A program made the position numbers and the translations under genes. A DNA stretch of 64,000 nt from an uncultured bacterium (lineage in GTDB: Bacteria > Krumholzibacteriota > Krumholzibacteriia > Krumholzibacteriales > Krumholzibacteriaceae). Location of the stretch: NCBI GenBank assembly GCA_963813815.1, contig CAWFAD010000007.1, positions 403,814-467,813 on the forward strand, written 5' to 3'. Positions 29,111-39,083 of this stretch are shown here, in pieces (the first letter of the stretch is position 1; every line of letters starts with the position of its first letter). The notes under the pieces are model-generated. The model did no database searches. It was not told the DNA's origin and worked only from the letters and a program-made list of their open reading frames with translations.

Positions 29111-30472
29111 GTGTCGACAGTACGAACGAACGCGGACGCGCTCTACCGGGGAAAGTCGGTTCTCGTGCTCGGCCTCGCCCGAAGCGGGCTCTCGGCGGTC
29201 CGGCTCCTGCTCCGCGCGGGGGCGCGCGTCGCCGGCGCGGACGAGAACGCGCGCGTCGAGATTCCGGCCGACCTCGCGCAGGTGCCCGTCCGCGTCGGCG
29301 GATTCGGGCCGGAGCTCCTCGACGGCGTCGACGAAGTCGTCGTGAGCCCCGGCATCGCGATCGATCACCCGCTCATGGTCGAGGCGGCGCGTCGCGGCGT
29401 TCCGCTCACGAGCGAGCTCGAGCTCGGTTCCCGCTTCGCGACGGCCCGACTCGTCGCCGTCACCGGCACGAACGGCAAATCGACGACCGTGACGATGATC
29501 GGGGAGATACTGAAGGCGGCGGGACGCAGAGTGATCGTGTGCGGCAACGTGGGGCTGCCGTTCTGCTCGGTCGTGAGCGATCTCGGCCCCGGCGATTTCT
29601 TCGTGCTCGAGGTTTCGAGCTTTCAGCTCGAGACCGCCTCGACGTTTCATCCGGAGGTCGCGGGCATCCTCAACCTCACGCCCGATCATCTGGATCGCTA
29701 TCACGACGTCGAGGACTATTACCGCTACAAGGAGCGGATCGCGGAGAACTGCGGCGCGGGGGACGGTTTCTTCTACAACGCGCTCGACCGGCGCTGCGCG
29801 GCGATCGCCGGCCGGTTTCCCGGACGGCGGATTCCCTTCTCCTCGGCGGGTCCGGTCGACGGGGGCGTGTTCCTCGAGGGGGAGGATTTCGTGAGAACGA
29901 TCGGCGGCGCGCGCGAGATATTCCTCGATCGCCGTTCGCTCGGCGTCATCGGTCTCCACAACGTCGAAAACGCCCTGGCGGCGGTCGCCGCGCTCGCGCC
30001 CTACGACGTGCCCGCCGCGGTCTGCCGGAAGGCACTTTCCGATTTTCGGGGGCTCCCGCACCGGATGGAGCGCGTCGCCGTCGTGAACGGGGTTTCGTAC
30101 TTCAACGACTCGAAGGGGACGAACGTCGAGGCGACCATGATGTCGCTGCGGGGGCTCGATCGCCCGGCCGTGCTCATCGCCGGCGGCCACGACAAGGGCG
30201 GCGATTTCTCCAAGCTCATCCCCGTGCTCGGACGCGTGAAGACGGTCGTGACGATCGGGGAGGCGGCTCCCCTCATCGAAGAGGCGCTCTCGTCGACGGT
30301 GCCCGTCGCGCGCGCTCAGACGATGAAGGACGCGGTCGAAATCGCGTCCCGCGCGGCCCAGGAGGGAGATCTCGTGTTGCTTTCGCCGGCGTGCGCGAGC
30401 TTCGACATGTTCAGGAATTTCGAACATCGAGGAGAGGTATTCCGGGAATGCGTGAAGGAACTGCAGCGGTAG
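29111..30472 (+). CDS. murD: MurD ligase
   Basis: GLARSG, VTGTNGKST, EVSSFQL, DHLDRY, NDSKGTN, SPACASFDMF. Confidence 0.96.
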   Translation: MSTVRTNADALYRGKSVLVLGLARSGLSAVRLLLRAGARVAGADENARVEIPADLAQVPVRVGGFGPELLDGVDEVVVSPGIAIDHPLMVEAARRGVPLTSELELGSRFATARLVAVTGTNGKSTTVTMIGEILKAAGRRVIVCGNVGLPFCSVVSDLGPGDFFVLEVSSFQLETASTFHPEVAGILNLTPDHLDRYHDVEDYYRYKERIAENCGAGDGFFYNALDRRCAAIAGRFPGRRIPFSSAGPVDGGVFLEGEDFVRTIGGAREIFLDRRSLGVIGLHNVENALAAVAALAPYDVPAAVCRKALSDFRGLPHRMERVAVVNGVSYFNDSKGTNVEATMMSLRGLDRPAVLIAGGHDKGGDFSKLIPVLGRVKTVVTIGEAAPLIEEALSSTVPVARAQTMKDAVEIASRAAQEGDLVLLSPACASFDMFRNFEHRGEVFRECVKELQR

Positions 30473-31626
30473 CCGAGCTCGCCGAGCGCGGAAGGTACGA
30501 CATCAAGCTGCTGCTCGCGGCCATGGCGCTCGTGGCGATCGGCCTCGTGATGATCGCGTCGGCGGGGCAGATGGTGAAGCTCAGCGGCGTGACGGGCCCC
30601 CATTTCCATTTCTTTTTCCGGCAGCTCGCCATAGCGGTGCTCGGCATGTGCCTCATGATCGTCCTCATGCGCGTGCCGTACCGCCTCTACCAGCGCTTCG
30701 CGCTCGCCATACTCGTGACGGCGTTCCTCCTCCTCGCGGCGGTGTTCTTCATCGGCACCCCCATCCGCGGGTCCGTCCGGACGATCCGCATCGTGAAGTT
30801 CGATTTTCAACCGGTCGAGACCGCGAAGCTCGCGCTCATCGTCTTCCTCGCCGCGAAAATCAGCGAATGGGGGGATCGCGTGAGGGAGTTCAAGCGGGGC
30901 GTCATGCCGCTTCTCGGCACGGGACTCGGGATGGCGCTGCTCGTTTCGCTGCAGCCGAACATCAGCAACGCCGTCCTGCTCGTCCTCATCACGTATCTCA
31001 TGCTGTTCGTGGCGGGGGCGAGGATTCGCCATCTCGCCCTCTCCGGCCTCATCCTCCTCGCCGCCGCGGCGCCGCTCCTCTTCCGGGTGGGCAAGGTCGT
31101 CAACCGCCTTCGCGATTATCTCAGCGGCGAGATCATGAGCTTTCAGCTCCAGCAGTCGCTCATCGCGCTCGGCACGGGCTCGCTCTTCGGCTGCGGGCCG
31201 GGGCGCGGCCACCAGAAGTTCCGTTTTCTTCCCGACGCGCATACGGATTTCATCTACTCGATCGTCGGCGAGGAGCTGGGGCTCGCGGGAACGGTCATCG
31301 TGCTGCTCATGTTCGTCTACATTCTCCGCCGGGCGGTCCGGGCGGCCCGGCGGTCTCCCGATTCCTTTGGGTATCTCCTCGCTATGGGCGTCGGCATGCT
31401 GATCTTCTTCTCGGCCGTCATCAACATGGCGATGGCGACGGGGGTCGTTCCGGTCGCGGGGCTCCCGCTGCCGTTCATCAGCTACGGGGGCTCCTCGCTC
31501 GTGGCGTCGCTGGCCGCGGTGGGGATTCTCATCAACGTGTCCTACGAGGGAAAGGAACGCTCCTTTCCCGTGGAAGTGTTCGGGCTCCGGCGCCGTCCGC
31601 GCGTGTCGTTCGCGCGGCGCCGGTGA
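30448..31626 (+). CDS. ftsW: SEDS peptidoglycan polymerase FtsW
   Basis: FQPVETAK, LQPN, LPDAHTDFI, EELG, LPFISYGGSS. Start approximate. Confidence 0.93.
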   Translation: MREGTAAVAELAERGRYDIKLLLAAMALVAIGLVMIASAGQMVKLSGVTGPHFHFFFRQLAIAVLGMCLMIVLMRVPYRLYQRFALAILVTAFLLLAAVFFIGTPIRGSVRTIRIVKFDFQPVETAKLALIVFLAAKISEWGDRVREFKRGVMPLLGTGLGMALLVSLQPNISNAVLLVLITYLMLFVAGARIRHLALSGLILLAAAAPLLFRVGKVVNRLRDYLSGEIMSFQLQQSLIALGTGSLFGCGPGRGHQKFRFLPDAHTDFIYSIVGEELGLAGTVIVLLMFVYILRRAVRAARRSPDSFGYLLAMGVGMLIFFSAVINMAMATGVVPVAGLPLPFISYGGSSLVASLAAVGILINVSYEGKERSFPVEVFGLRRRPRVSFARRR

Positions 31627-31648
31627 GCCTCGGCGGAAGGCCGGTCGG

Positions 31649-32767
31649 ATGAGCATGCGGGTGTTGTTCGCAGCGGGCGGTACGGGAGGGCACATCCTGC
31701 CGGCGCTTTCCGTCGCCGACGAGCTCCGGTCCATGATTCCGAACCTCGAACCCCTCTTCGTCGGAACCCGATCGGGGCTCGAAGCGAAGCTGGTCCCCCA
31801 GGCGGGCTATTCGATATCGTTCATTTCAGCGAAGGGCGTGCGGGGGCGGGGAGCGGCGGCGCGGGTCCTCAGCGTCGCTCGCATCGGCGTCGGTTTCCTG
31901 CAGGCGCTCCGTATCACGGCCCGCTTCCGGCCGGACGTCGTCTTCGGCGCCGGCGGCTATGCGAGCGCCGCGGCGGTTCTCGCCGCCTCGTTTCTCCGGC
32001 GGACGATCGTGCTCCAAGAGCAAAATTCGATTCCCGGCCTCACGAACCGGCTGCTGGCCCGGTTCGCGAAGCGGGTCTATCTCGGTTTCGAAAAGGCCGG
32101 CGAGGGATTCGGGTCCCACCGGGGGCTCGTCGTGACGGGGAATCCGCTCCGCGGCGATGTGGTCTCCGCCGCCGACCGCGATACGAGGGGCGAGTTCGGC
32201 CTCGCGGCGGATCGACCCGTGCTCCTCGTTTTCGGCGGCAGCCAGGGGGCCCGGAAGCTCAATAGAGCCGCCGTCGAGTATCTCCTCGTTCGGGAGAACG
32301 TGCAGGCGATCATTCAGACGGGGGCGCAGGATTATCCGTGGGTGGCGGAGCGGACGGCCACGCTCGGGAAGCGCGTGTTCGCGGCGCCGTACATCGAGGC
32401 GATGCACCGGGCTTACGGAGCGGCGGACGTGGTGCTCGCGCGCGCCGGCGCGCTGAGCGTCTCCGAGATCGCGGCGGTGGGGCTGCCGGCGATTCTCGTG
32501 CCGTACCCCTTCGCGACGGACGACCACCAGCGGCACAACGCCGCGTTCCTCGCCGACGCCGGCGGCGCCGTCGTCGTCGCGGACGCGGAGCTCACGGGCG
32601 AACGGCTCGCAGCGGCGCTCGATCCGCTGCTCGCCGATCGCTCCCGTCTCGCCGCCATGCGGCGCGCGCTCGCGACCGTCGCGCGGCGCGACGCGGCCCG
32701 GCGGATCGCCGTCGACATGATAGGGCTCGCGCCGGGAGGCGCAGGAGCGGGAAAGGGCCGGGTATGA
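31649..32767 (+). CDS. murG: MurG glycosyltransferase
   Basis: GGTGGHI.PA, GGYAS, EQN..PG, GNP.R, GGSQGA, RAGA, DHQ..NA. Confidence 0.96.
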   Translation: MSMRVLFAAGGTGGHILPALSVADELRSMIPNLEPLFVGTRSGLEAKLVPQAGYSISFISAKGVRGRGAAARVLSVARIGVGFLQALRITARFRPDVVFGAGGYASAAAVLAASFLRRTIVLQEQNSIPGLTNRLLARFAKRVYLGFEKAGEGFGSHRGLVVTGNPLRGDVVSAADRDTRGEFGLAADRPVLLVFGGSQGARKLNRAAVEYLLVRENVQAIIQTGAQDYPWVAERTATLGKRVFAAPYIEAMHRAYGAADVVLARAGALSVSEIAAVGLPAILVPYPFATDDHQRHNAAFLADAGGAVVVADAELTGERLAAALDPLLADRSRLAAMRRALATVARRDAARRIAVDMIGLAPGGAGAGKGRV

Positions 32768-34170
32768 CGAAACAGCGCATGACGCGGATGCTGGGAAAGA
32801 TGCGGCGCATCCATTTCGTCGGCATCGGGGGCATCGGGATGAGCGGAATCGCCGAGGTGCTCCTCAATCTCGGCTTCACGGTGAGCGGGTCCGATCTGAC
32901 GCGCAGTCCGATCACCGAGCGCCTCGCGAAGCTCGGAGCGCGCATCAGAATCGGCCACGACCCGCGCAACGTTCTGCGCAGCGACGTCGTCGTCATCTCG
33001 TCGGCGATCGGCGCGGGAAACGCGGAAGTCGTCGCGGCGCGCGAGAGGGGCGTCCCCGTGATTCCGCGCGCCGCCATGCTCGGCGAGCTCATGCGCATCC
33101 GCACGGGGATAGCGATCGCCGGCGCGCACGGGAAAACGACCACGACCTCGCTCGCCGGCGCCGTGTTTCAGGAGGCGGGGCTCGATCCGACGATCATCGT
33201 CGGCGGGCGCGTGAAGAGCCTCAGGACGAACGCCCGCCTCGGGCGGGGCGATCTCCTCGTCGCGGAGGCGGACGAGAGCGACGGGAGCTTCGTTCATCTG
33301 TCGCCGGTGTTCGCCCTCATCACGAACATCGACGCCGAGCATCTCGATTTCTACGGAACGCTCGATTCGATCTACGACGCCTTCGTCGAGTTCGCCCGCC
33401 GCGTTCCGTTCTACGGCGCGGTCATCTGCTGCGTCGACGATCCGAACGTGCGGGTCGTCATGCCCCGGATCGATCGCCGCCTGCGCACCTATGGATTCGG
33501 CGCCGACGCCGAGGTGCGCGGCGAGCTCATCGAATCGGGCGCGGGTGGAAGCCGGTTCGCCTACACGATCGGCGGCAAGCGACGCGGGCCTTTCGCGCTC
33601 CGCGTCCCCGGCGTGCACAACGTGTTGAACGCTCTCGGCGTCTGCGCCCTGGCCGAGGAGCTCGACATCGGCCCGCGCGATCTGCGGGCGGCGTTCGGGC
33701 GCTTCGAGGGAGTCGCGCGCCGGTTCGAATACAAGGGGGAGAAGGGGGGCGTGCTCGTCGTGGACGATTACGGGCACCACCCGACGGAGATCGAGGCGAC
33801 GATCCGCGCCGCGCGCGAGAACTTCGACCGGAGGATCGTCGTGGTGTTTCAGCCTCACCGCTACACGCGCACCCGCGACCTGCACGAAAAGTTCGGTCCC
33901 GCGTTCCGCGACGCCGACGAGCTCTTCGTTACCGATATCTACGCCGCGGGCGAGCGTCCGATAGCCGGGGTCACGGGCGAGCTCATCTATCGCGCCGTCG
34001 TGCGCGAGGGGAAGCCGCGCGTGAGCTACGTGCCGGCGTGGCGCGATCTCCTGAAGACGGTGAGTCGCAGCGTGCGGCCGGGGGACCTCGTCATCACCCT
34101 CGGCGCGGGGGACATATACAAGCTCGCCGAAAAGCTCGTCGGCGGAGCGGAAACGGCGAGGAAGCGATGA
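32764..34170 (+). CDS. murC: MurC ligase
   Basis: HFVGIGGIGMSG, GAHGKTTT, EADESD, DDYGHHPTE, FQPHRYTRT. Confidence 0.97.
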   Translation: MTKQRMTRMLGKMRRIHFVGIGGIGMSGIAEVLLNLGFTVSGSDLTRSPITERLAKLGARIRIGHDPRNVLRSDVVVISSAIGAGNAEVVAARERGVPVIPRAAMLGELMRIRTGIAIAGAHGKTTTTSLAGAVFQEAGLDPTIIVGGRVKSLRTNARLGRGDLLVAEADESDGSFVHLSPVFALITNIDAEHLDFYGTLDSIYDAFVEFARRVPFYGAVICCVDDPNVRVVMPRIDRRLRTYGFGADAEVRGELIESGAGGSRFAYTIGGKRRGPFALRVPGVHNVLNALGVCALAEELDIGPRDLRAAFGRFEGVARRFEYKGEKGGVLVVDDYGHHPTEIEATIRAARENFDRRIVVVFQPHRYTRTRDLHEKFGPAFRDADELFVTDIYAAGERPIAGVTGELIYRAVVREGKPRVSYVPAWRDLLKTVSRSVRPGDLVITLGAGDIYKLAEKLVGGAETARKR

Positions 34171-34916
34171 AATTCTGGGAATCGCAGGGTATGGTGTCGC
34201 GCGGAGCCGAACGGCGGCCCCTCCCGTCCCGGCGCGTTCTCGTCGCCGGGGCGGCGGCGCTCGCGGCGGTCGCGATCGTCGTTCTCGGCACGGGGCTCTT
34301 CACCGTCACCACGGTGCGATTCCACGGCTGCGCCAGCGTTCCGAAGGATTCGCTCGAGACGGTGCGGATCGGGCTCATCGGCAAGAATCTCGTGACGCTG
34401 CGAACCGGATGGGCTCGCGAGCGCCTCGCCTCCTTCCGCGAGGTCGAGAGCGTCCGGTTCGCCCGGCGTCCGTTTCATACTCTCGAGTGCCGGCTCGTGA
34501 AGCGCGAGCCGGTGGCGCTGCTCGCCGCGGGCTCGATTCTGGAAGTTGACCGGGAGGGCACGCTGCTGCCGAGGCGGGCCGGTCGGGGCGACATCGATCT
34601 CCCCGTCATCACCGGCATCGGCGAGCGTTCGATCGCGAAAGAGTCGGGACGGAAGAGCCTCGCGCGGGCGCTCGAGGTGCTGAGGCTCATCCGAGCGGAG
34701 GGATTTACGCCGGCGAGACAGATATCCGAGATCCACGTCGACGGAGACGACATCGATCTCATTTGGACGGGGTCGGGAACGCTCGTCAAGCTCGGGCGCG
34801 ACGAGCACGCGAGCCGGCTCAGGAAGCTCAAGGCGGTGGGCACGGTGTTGCTCGACAGCGAGCGGTATCCGGCGATCGTCGATCTCCGGTTCGATCGACA
34901 GGTTGTCATTCGGTGA
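34167..34916 (+). CDS. ftsQ: Cell division protein FtsQ/DivIB
   Basis: Single TM, POTRA-like segment, REPVA, LPVITG, terminal DLRFDRQVVIR. Confidence 0.85.
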   Translation: MKFWESQGMVSRGAERRPLPSRRVLVAGAAALAAVAIVVLGTGLFTVTTVRFHGCASVPKDSLETVRIGLIGKNLVTLRTGWARERLASFREVESVRFARRPFHTLECRLVKREPVALLAAGSILEVDREGTLLPRRAGRGDIDLPVITGIGERSIAKESGRKSLARALEVLRLIRAEGFTPARQISEIHVDGDDIDLIWTGSGTLVKLGRDEHASRLRKLKAVGTVLLDSERYPAIVDLRFDRQVVIR

Positions 34917-34946
34917 ATGTCGACAAAGCGAGGTGATGGGCCACCT

Positions 34947-36173
34947 ATGTCCTCCGAATTCGTCGTCGGTCTCGATCTGGGAACCACCGCGGTGTCGGTG
35001 CTCGTCGGAGAGTTCACCGCGGACGGGGAAACCCGCATCGTCGGGGCGGGCCGCGCCGCCGCCGGCGGCGTCAAGAAGGGCGTCGTCGTCAACATGGACG
35101 AGGCGGCGGAAAGCGTGCGCGCGGCGGTATCGCAGGCCGAGCGCATGGCCGGCGTGGAGATCCGGGGGGTCTGCGCCTCGGTATCCGGACCGCACATCCG
35201 CAGCTTCTCGAGTCGAGGCGTGATCGCCCTGCCGGCGGGCCGCCGCGAGGTGACGACCCGCGACATCGAAAAGGTCACGGAGGCCGCGCGCAGCATCACC
35301 CTCCCCTTCAACCAGGAGATCGTTCACTCGCTGCCGCAGGATTTCACCGTCGACAGCCACGCGGGCATTCGCGACCCGATCGGCATGTCGGCGATGCGGC
35401 TCGAGGCGGAGGTGCATATCGTCACGGCGCTCGGGATGCCTCTCGAGAACATGGTCAAGGTGTGCAAGAAAACGGGGCTCGAGATCGTCGATATGGTTTT
35501 CGATCCCATCGCCTCCGCGCGGGCCGTTCTGGCGCGCGAGGAAAAGGACCTCGGCTGTCTCGTCATCGACATCGGGGGGGGCGTGACGAGCTACGCGCTC
35601 TACTACGGAGGGACGGTTCGCGCGAGCGGCGTCATCGCGGCCGGCGGAGTGAACGTGACGAACGATCTGGCCGTGGGGCTCAGAACGTCGGCGGCCGTCG
35701 CCGAGCAGCTCAAGCTCTCGCACGGCGTCGCGCTCGCCTCGCTCGCCGGCGAGGACTGCCGGATCATGGTTCCGGGGCTCGGGGAGCGCGAGTCGCGCGA
35801 GATCCGCGCGCAGATACTCGCGGCGATCATCGAGCCGCGCGTCGAGGAGATCTTTACGATGGTGAAAAAGCAGGTCAGCGGCGATCCGTACTACCGGCTG
35901 CTCGGCGCGGGGATCGTGCTCACCGGCGGCGGCTCGCGGCTGCGGGGCATGGTCGAAGTGGCGGAAGAGGTATTCGATTTGCCCGTTCGTCTCGGAATGG
36001 CCGGGAATCTCATGGGGCTTTCGGAGCTCGTGGATACGGCCGAGTGGACGACCGGCATCGGGCTCCTCCTCTGGGGGGGAGACCGCGTCGCCGCGCAGGG
36101 GATCGGCGGTCCGGCGGATCGCGTCAAATGGGTTTTTCATCGAATTAAGGAAATGGCAAGCTTGTTCTCGTGA
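34947..36173 (+). CDS. ftsA: Cell division protein FtsA
   Basis: GLDLGTT, GVKKGVVVN, DIGGG, VLTGGG; C-terminal amphipathic helix. Alternative start 34917. Confidence 0.95.
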   Translation: MSSEFVVGLDLGTTAVSVLVGEFTADGETRIVGAGRAAAGGVKKGVVVNMDEAAESVRAAVSQAERMAGVEIRGVCASVSGPHIRSFSSRGVIALPAGRREVTTRDIEKVTEAARSITLPFNQEIVHSLPQDFTVDSHAGIRDPIGMSAMRLEAEVHIVTALGMPLENMVKVCKKTGLEIVDMVFDPIASARAVLAREEKDLGCLVIDIGGGVTSYALYYGGTVRASGVIAAGGVNVTNDLAVGLRTSAAVAEQLKLSHGVALASLAGEDCRIMVPGLGERESREIRAQILAAIIEPRVEEIFTMVKKQVSGDPYYRLLGAGIVLTGGGSRLRGMVEVAEEVFDLPVRLGMAGNLMGLSELVDTAEWTTGIGLLLWGGDRVAAQGIGGPADRVKWVFHRIKEMASLFS

Positions 36174-36189
36174 ACGGAAGGGGGACGCC

Positions 36190-37413
36190 ATGCGGTTCGA
36201 GTTCGACGATTTCGACGAGTTGGCCAAGCTCAAGGTGGTGGGTGTCGGTGGAGCGGGTGGAAACGCCGTGAACCGGATGATCGAAGCGGGGCTTCAGGGA
36301 GTCGAGTTTCTCGCCGTCAACACGGACGTGCAGGTGCTCGAGCTCTCGAGGGCGCACAAGCGCATCCAGGTCGGCAACCATCTCACGAAGGGGCTCGGCT
36401 CGGGCGGGGATCCCGACGTCGGCCGCCGCGCGATGGAGGAGGACGCCGATCTCGTCGCCGAGGCCATCGCGGGGGCCGATATGGTGTTCGTGACGGCCGG
36501 CATGGGGGGCGGGACGGGCACCGGTGCGGGCCCGCTCGTGGCGCGCATCGCGCGCGAGCAGGGAGCGCTCACGGTGGGAATCGTGACGCGCCCGTTCACC
36601 TTCGAGGGAAAGCGGAGGCATCGTCAGGCGCTCGAGGGGATCGCCGCCCTGAAGCAGGAGGTCGACACCCTCATCGTTATTCAGAACGACAAGCTTCTGT
36701 CGCTCGTCGGCTCCGATACGCCGCTCATGACGGCGTTCTCGAAGGCGGACGAAGTGCTTCTCAACGCCACGAAGGGGATTTCGGACCTTATTCTGACTCC
36801 GGGGCTCATAAATCTTGACTTTGCGGACGTCCGTTCTATCATGAGCGGCATGGGGGACGCCCTCATGGGCACGGGCACGGCCAGCGGCGAGGACCGGGCG
36901 GTCCAGGCGGCCCGCACGGCGATTACGAGCCCGCTGCTCGACGACGTGTCGATCAAGGGCGCGAAGGGAGTGCTCGTCAATATCAGCGGCGACGAGAACA
37001 TGACGCTCCACGAGATCTCTCAGGCAACCTCGATCATCAGCCAGGAGGCGGGCGAGGACGCCAACGTGATTTTCGGCGCCGTTGTGAGCCGCGGCGAGGC
37101 GGACTATCTCCAGGTCACCGTCATCGCGACCGGGTTCACCCCGCGCGAGCGCGAGGTCATTCCGCTGTCGACGGTCGCTTCGCTCGCGCCGTCGGCGGAA
37201 GCGCGCTTCGCTCCGGCCGCCGTTCCCGTCGAGATCCCGGTGGCCGAGACGAGAACCCCGGAAATCGTTTCGATCGAGGCGCTCGACGAGGCCCGCATCG
37301 AACGCGAGGAGAGAGAAAGCCTCGCGCGCGTCGGCCTCCACGCGGTGAACTTCGGGAACTGCGGCGATCTGAACCTCGACATTCCGACGTTTCTGCGCAA
37401 GCAGCTTGACTGA
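36190..37413 (+). CDS. ftsZ: Cell division protein FtsZ
   Basis: GVGGAGGNAV, GMGGGTGTG, INLDFADV, C-terminal DIPTFLRK. Confidence 0.98.
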   Translation: MRFEFDDFDELAKLKVVGVGGAGGNAVNRMIEAGLQGVEFLAVNTDVQVLELSRAHKRIQVGNHLTKGLGSGGDPDVGRRAMEEDADLVAEAIAGADMVFVTAGMGGGTGTGAGPLVARIAREQGALTVGIVTRPFTFEGKRRHRQALEGIAALKQEVDTLIVIQNDKLLSLVGSDTPLMTAFSKADEVLLNATKGISDLILTPGLINLDFADVRSIMSGMGDALMGTGTASGEDRAVQAARTAITSPLLDDVSIKGAKGVLVNISGDENMTLHEISQATSIISQEAGEDANVIFGAVVSRGEADYLQVTVIATGFTPREREVIPLSTVASLAPSAEARFAPAAVPVEIPVAETRTPEIVSIEALDEARIEREERESLARVGLHAVNFGNCGDLNLDIPTFLRKQLD

Positions 37414-37428
37414 CGCGAGGGAGGTTTC

Positions 37429-39069
37429 GTGTCGCTCTGGGGTAGGATTTTCGGCATGAACAAGAACCCCGAGTACGAGCGGGGGATCCGGTATTTCAAC
37501 GAGGGACACTACGAGCTCGCCGTCGCCGAGCTCGAAAAGGCGATTCCCAAGGCGGGAAAAGGCGATCCGATCTACGCCCTCGGGATGTTCTACGCCGCCG
37601 AATCCCACGCGCATATCGGCACGGCCAAGTATCTCGCCGGAGAGCCGGAGGAAGCGCTCGCGCATTTCCGGAAAGTGATCGGCGAAAATCCGACGTATCC
37701 GGACATCTACTACCGCATGGGCGTCATCCAGCACAAGCTCGGGGACGTCGAGGGGGCCCTCGCGAGCATGCGGCGCGCGATCGATCTCAACCCGGCCTAC
37801 TTCGAGGCGACCTGCTACCTCGGTATTATCCTCTACGAGCGAGGAGCCTCGGCCGAGGCGGACGAGGTCTTCAAGCGAGCGCTGCGGATCGGTTCCGAGT
37901 GCCCGAATCCCGTCAGCAAGTTTCTGAGCGACCATCTGGCGGGCCGCGAGACGGATATCCCGCCGCTCGCCTCGCTCAGGGATATGATCCGGACCGACGC
38001 GCAGTTCGATTCGGCCGCGAGGGAAGGGATCGAGGCGTACAACACGGGCAACTACGACGAGGCGATCGCGGCGTTTTCCATCGCCCGCGGCGTTCATCCC
38101 GAGTACGCCGATATCCGGTTCAAGCTCGGCCTCTCGCACCTGAAGCGGGGCGAGCACGAGGCGGCGCGGAGCGAGCTCGAGGCGGCGCTTTCGATCAATC
38201 CGCGTTACGCCGAGGCGCTGTTCTATCTCGGCGTGGTTTGCCTCGATCAGAAGCTCTACCGCGAGGCGCTCGAGCGCTTCGAACGGGCGGCGGCCGTCAA
38301 GCCTGATTACGCCGATCTCCAGTGTTTCCTCGGCGCGACGTGCCTCTTCCTCGGCGACCTCGATCGCGCCCGGACGGCTCTCGAAAAATCGCTCGCTCTC
38401 TCGCCGAGCTACTGCAAGGCGCGCTACTACTATGGGCTGCTCCTCTTCGCCGTCGGCGAGGGCCGGCGCGCCGTCGAGTACCTCCACGAGGCGGTGAAGG
38501 GCGAGGAGCACGCGACCTCCGTCGACGTCAGCTACGCGCTCGTCCATCTGCGCGAGGGGAATCTCGAGGAGGCGATGCAGGTGCTTCGCGACGTCCTCGA
38601 GGCGGGGGGCGAGAGCGCGGACGTGCTCTATTTCCTCGGGGAGTGCTATCTCCGGCTCGGCAGGGTGGAAGAGGCGGAACGGTTCCTGAGACGCGCGCTC
38701 GACGTCAATCCGCGCTTTCTGCGGGCGAAGGAAAAGCTCGCCATCATCCTGATCCGTCGCGGCCTCTACGAGGAGGCCGAGCGGCTTCTCGACCCTCCCG
38801 CGGCCGATTTCGCGGATTTGCTCAAAATTCTCGGAGACATCAAGTTCCACCGCGGCGATCTCGAAGGCGCCGAGCGGTACTATCGCAAATCGCTCAGCCT
38901 CAACACGGAGTACGGCGAGGCCTCGCTCTCGCTCGCCCTCACGCTTCGCAACGAGGGGCGGGACGGAGAGGCCGACGAGATGCTCCGGAGGCTCATCGAG
39001 CGAGAGCCGGCCAACGTCCTCGCCCGCAATCTCCTCGGCTGCGACCCGCTCGACATCGCGGGCGGCTAG
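37429..39069 (+). CDS. Multi-TPR protein
   Basis: Many 34-aa repeats ending NP.Y/PDYAD; starts 15 nt after ftsZ behind GGAGG. Confidence 0.9.
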   Translation: MSLWGRIFGMNKNPEYERGIRYFNEGHYELAVAELEKAIPKAGKGDPIYALGMFYAAESHAHIGTAKYLAGEPEEALAHFRKVIGENPTYPDIYYRMGVIQHKLGDVEGALASMRRAIDLNPAYFEATCYLGIILYERGASAEADEVFKRALRIGSECPNPVSKFLSDHLAGRETDIPPLASLRDMIRTDAQFDSAAREGIEAYNTGNYDEAIAAFSIARGVHPEYADIRFKLGLSHLKRGEHEAARSELEAALSINPRYAEALFYLGVVCLDQKLYREALERFERAAAVKPDYADLQCFLGATCLFLGDLDRARTALEKSLALSPSYCKARYYYGLLLFAVGEGRRAVEYLHEAVKGEEHATSVDVSYALVHLREGNLEEAMQVLRDVLEAGGESADVLYFLGECYLRLGRVEEAERFLRRALDVNPRFLRAKEKLAIILIRRGLYEEAERLLDPPAADFADLLKILGDIKFHRGDLEGAERYYRKSLSLNTEYGEASLSLALTLRNEGRDGEADEMLRRLIEREPANVLARNLLGCDPLDIAGG

Positions 39070-39083
39070 GCCGGCTGGTATCC

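Noticed and set aside
27962..30472. 836-aa extended MurD (likewise the extended ORFs for the epimerase, GT2, MurE, FtsW, MurC and radical SAM)
   Set aside because: Stop-free upstream frames overlapping the preceding gene; internal starts fit the family lengths.
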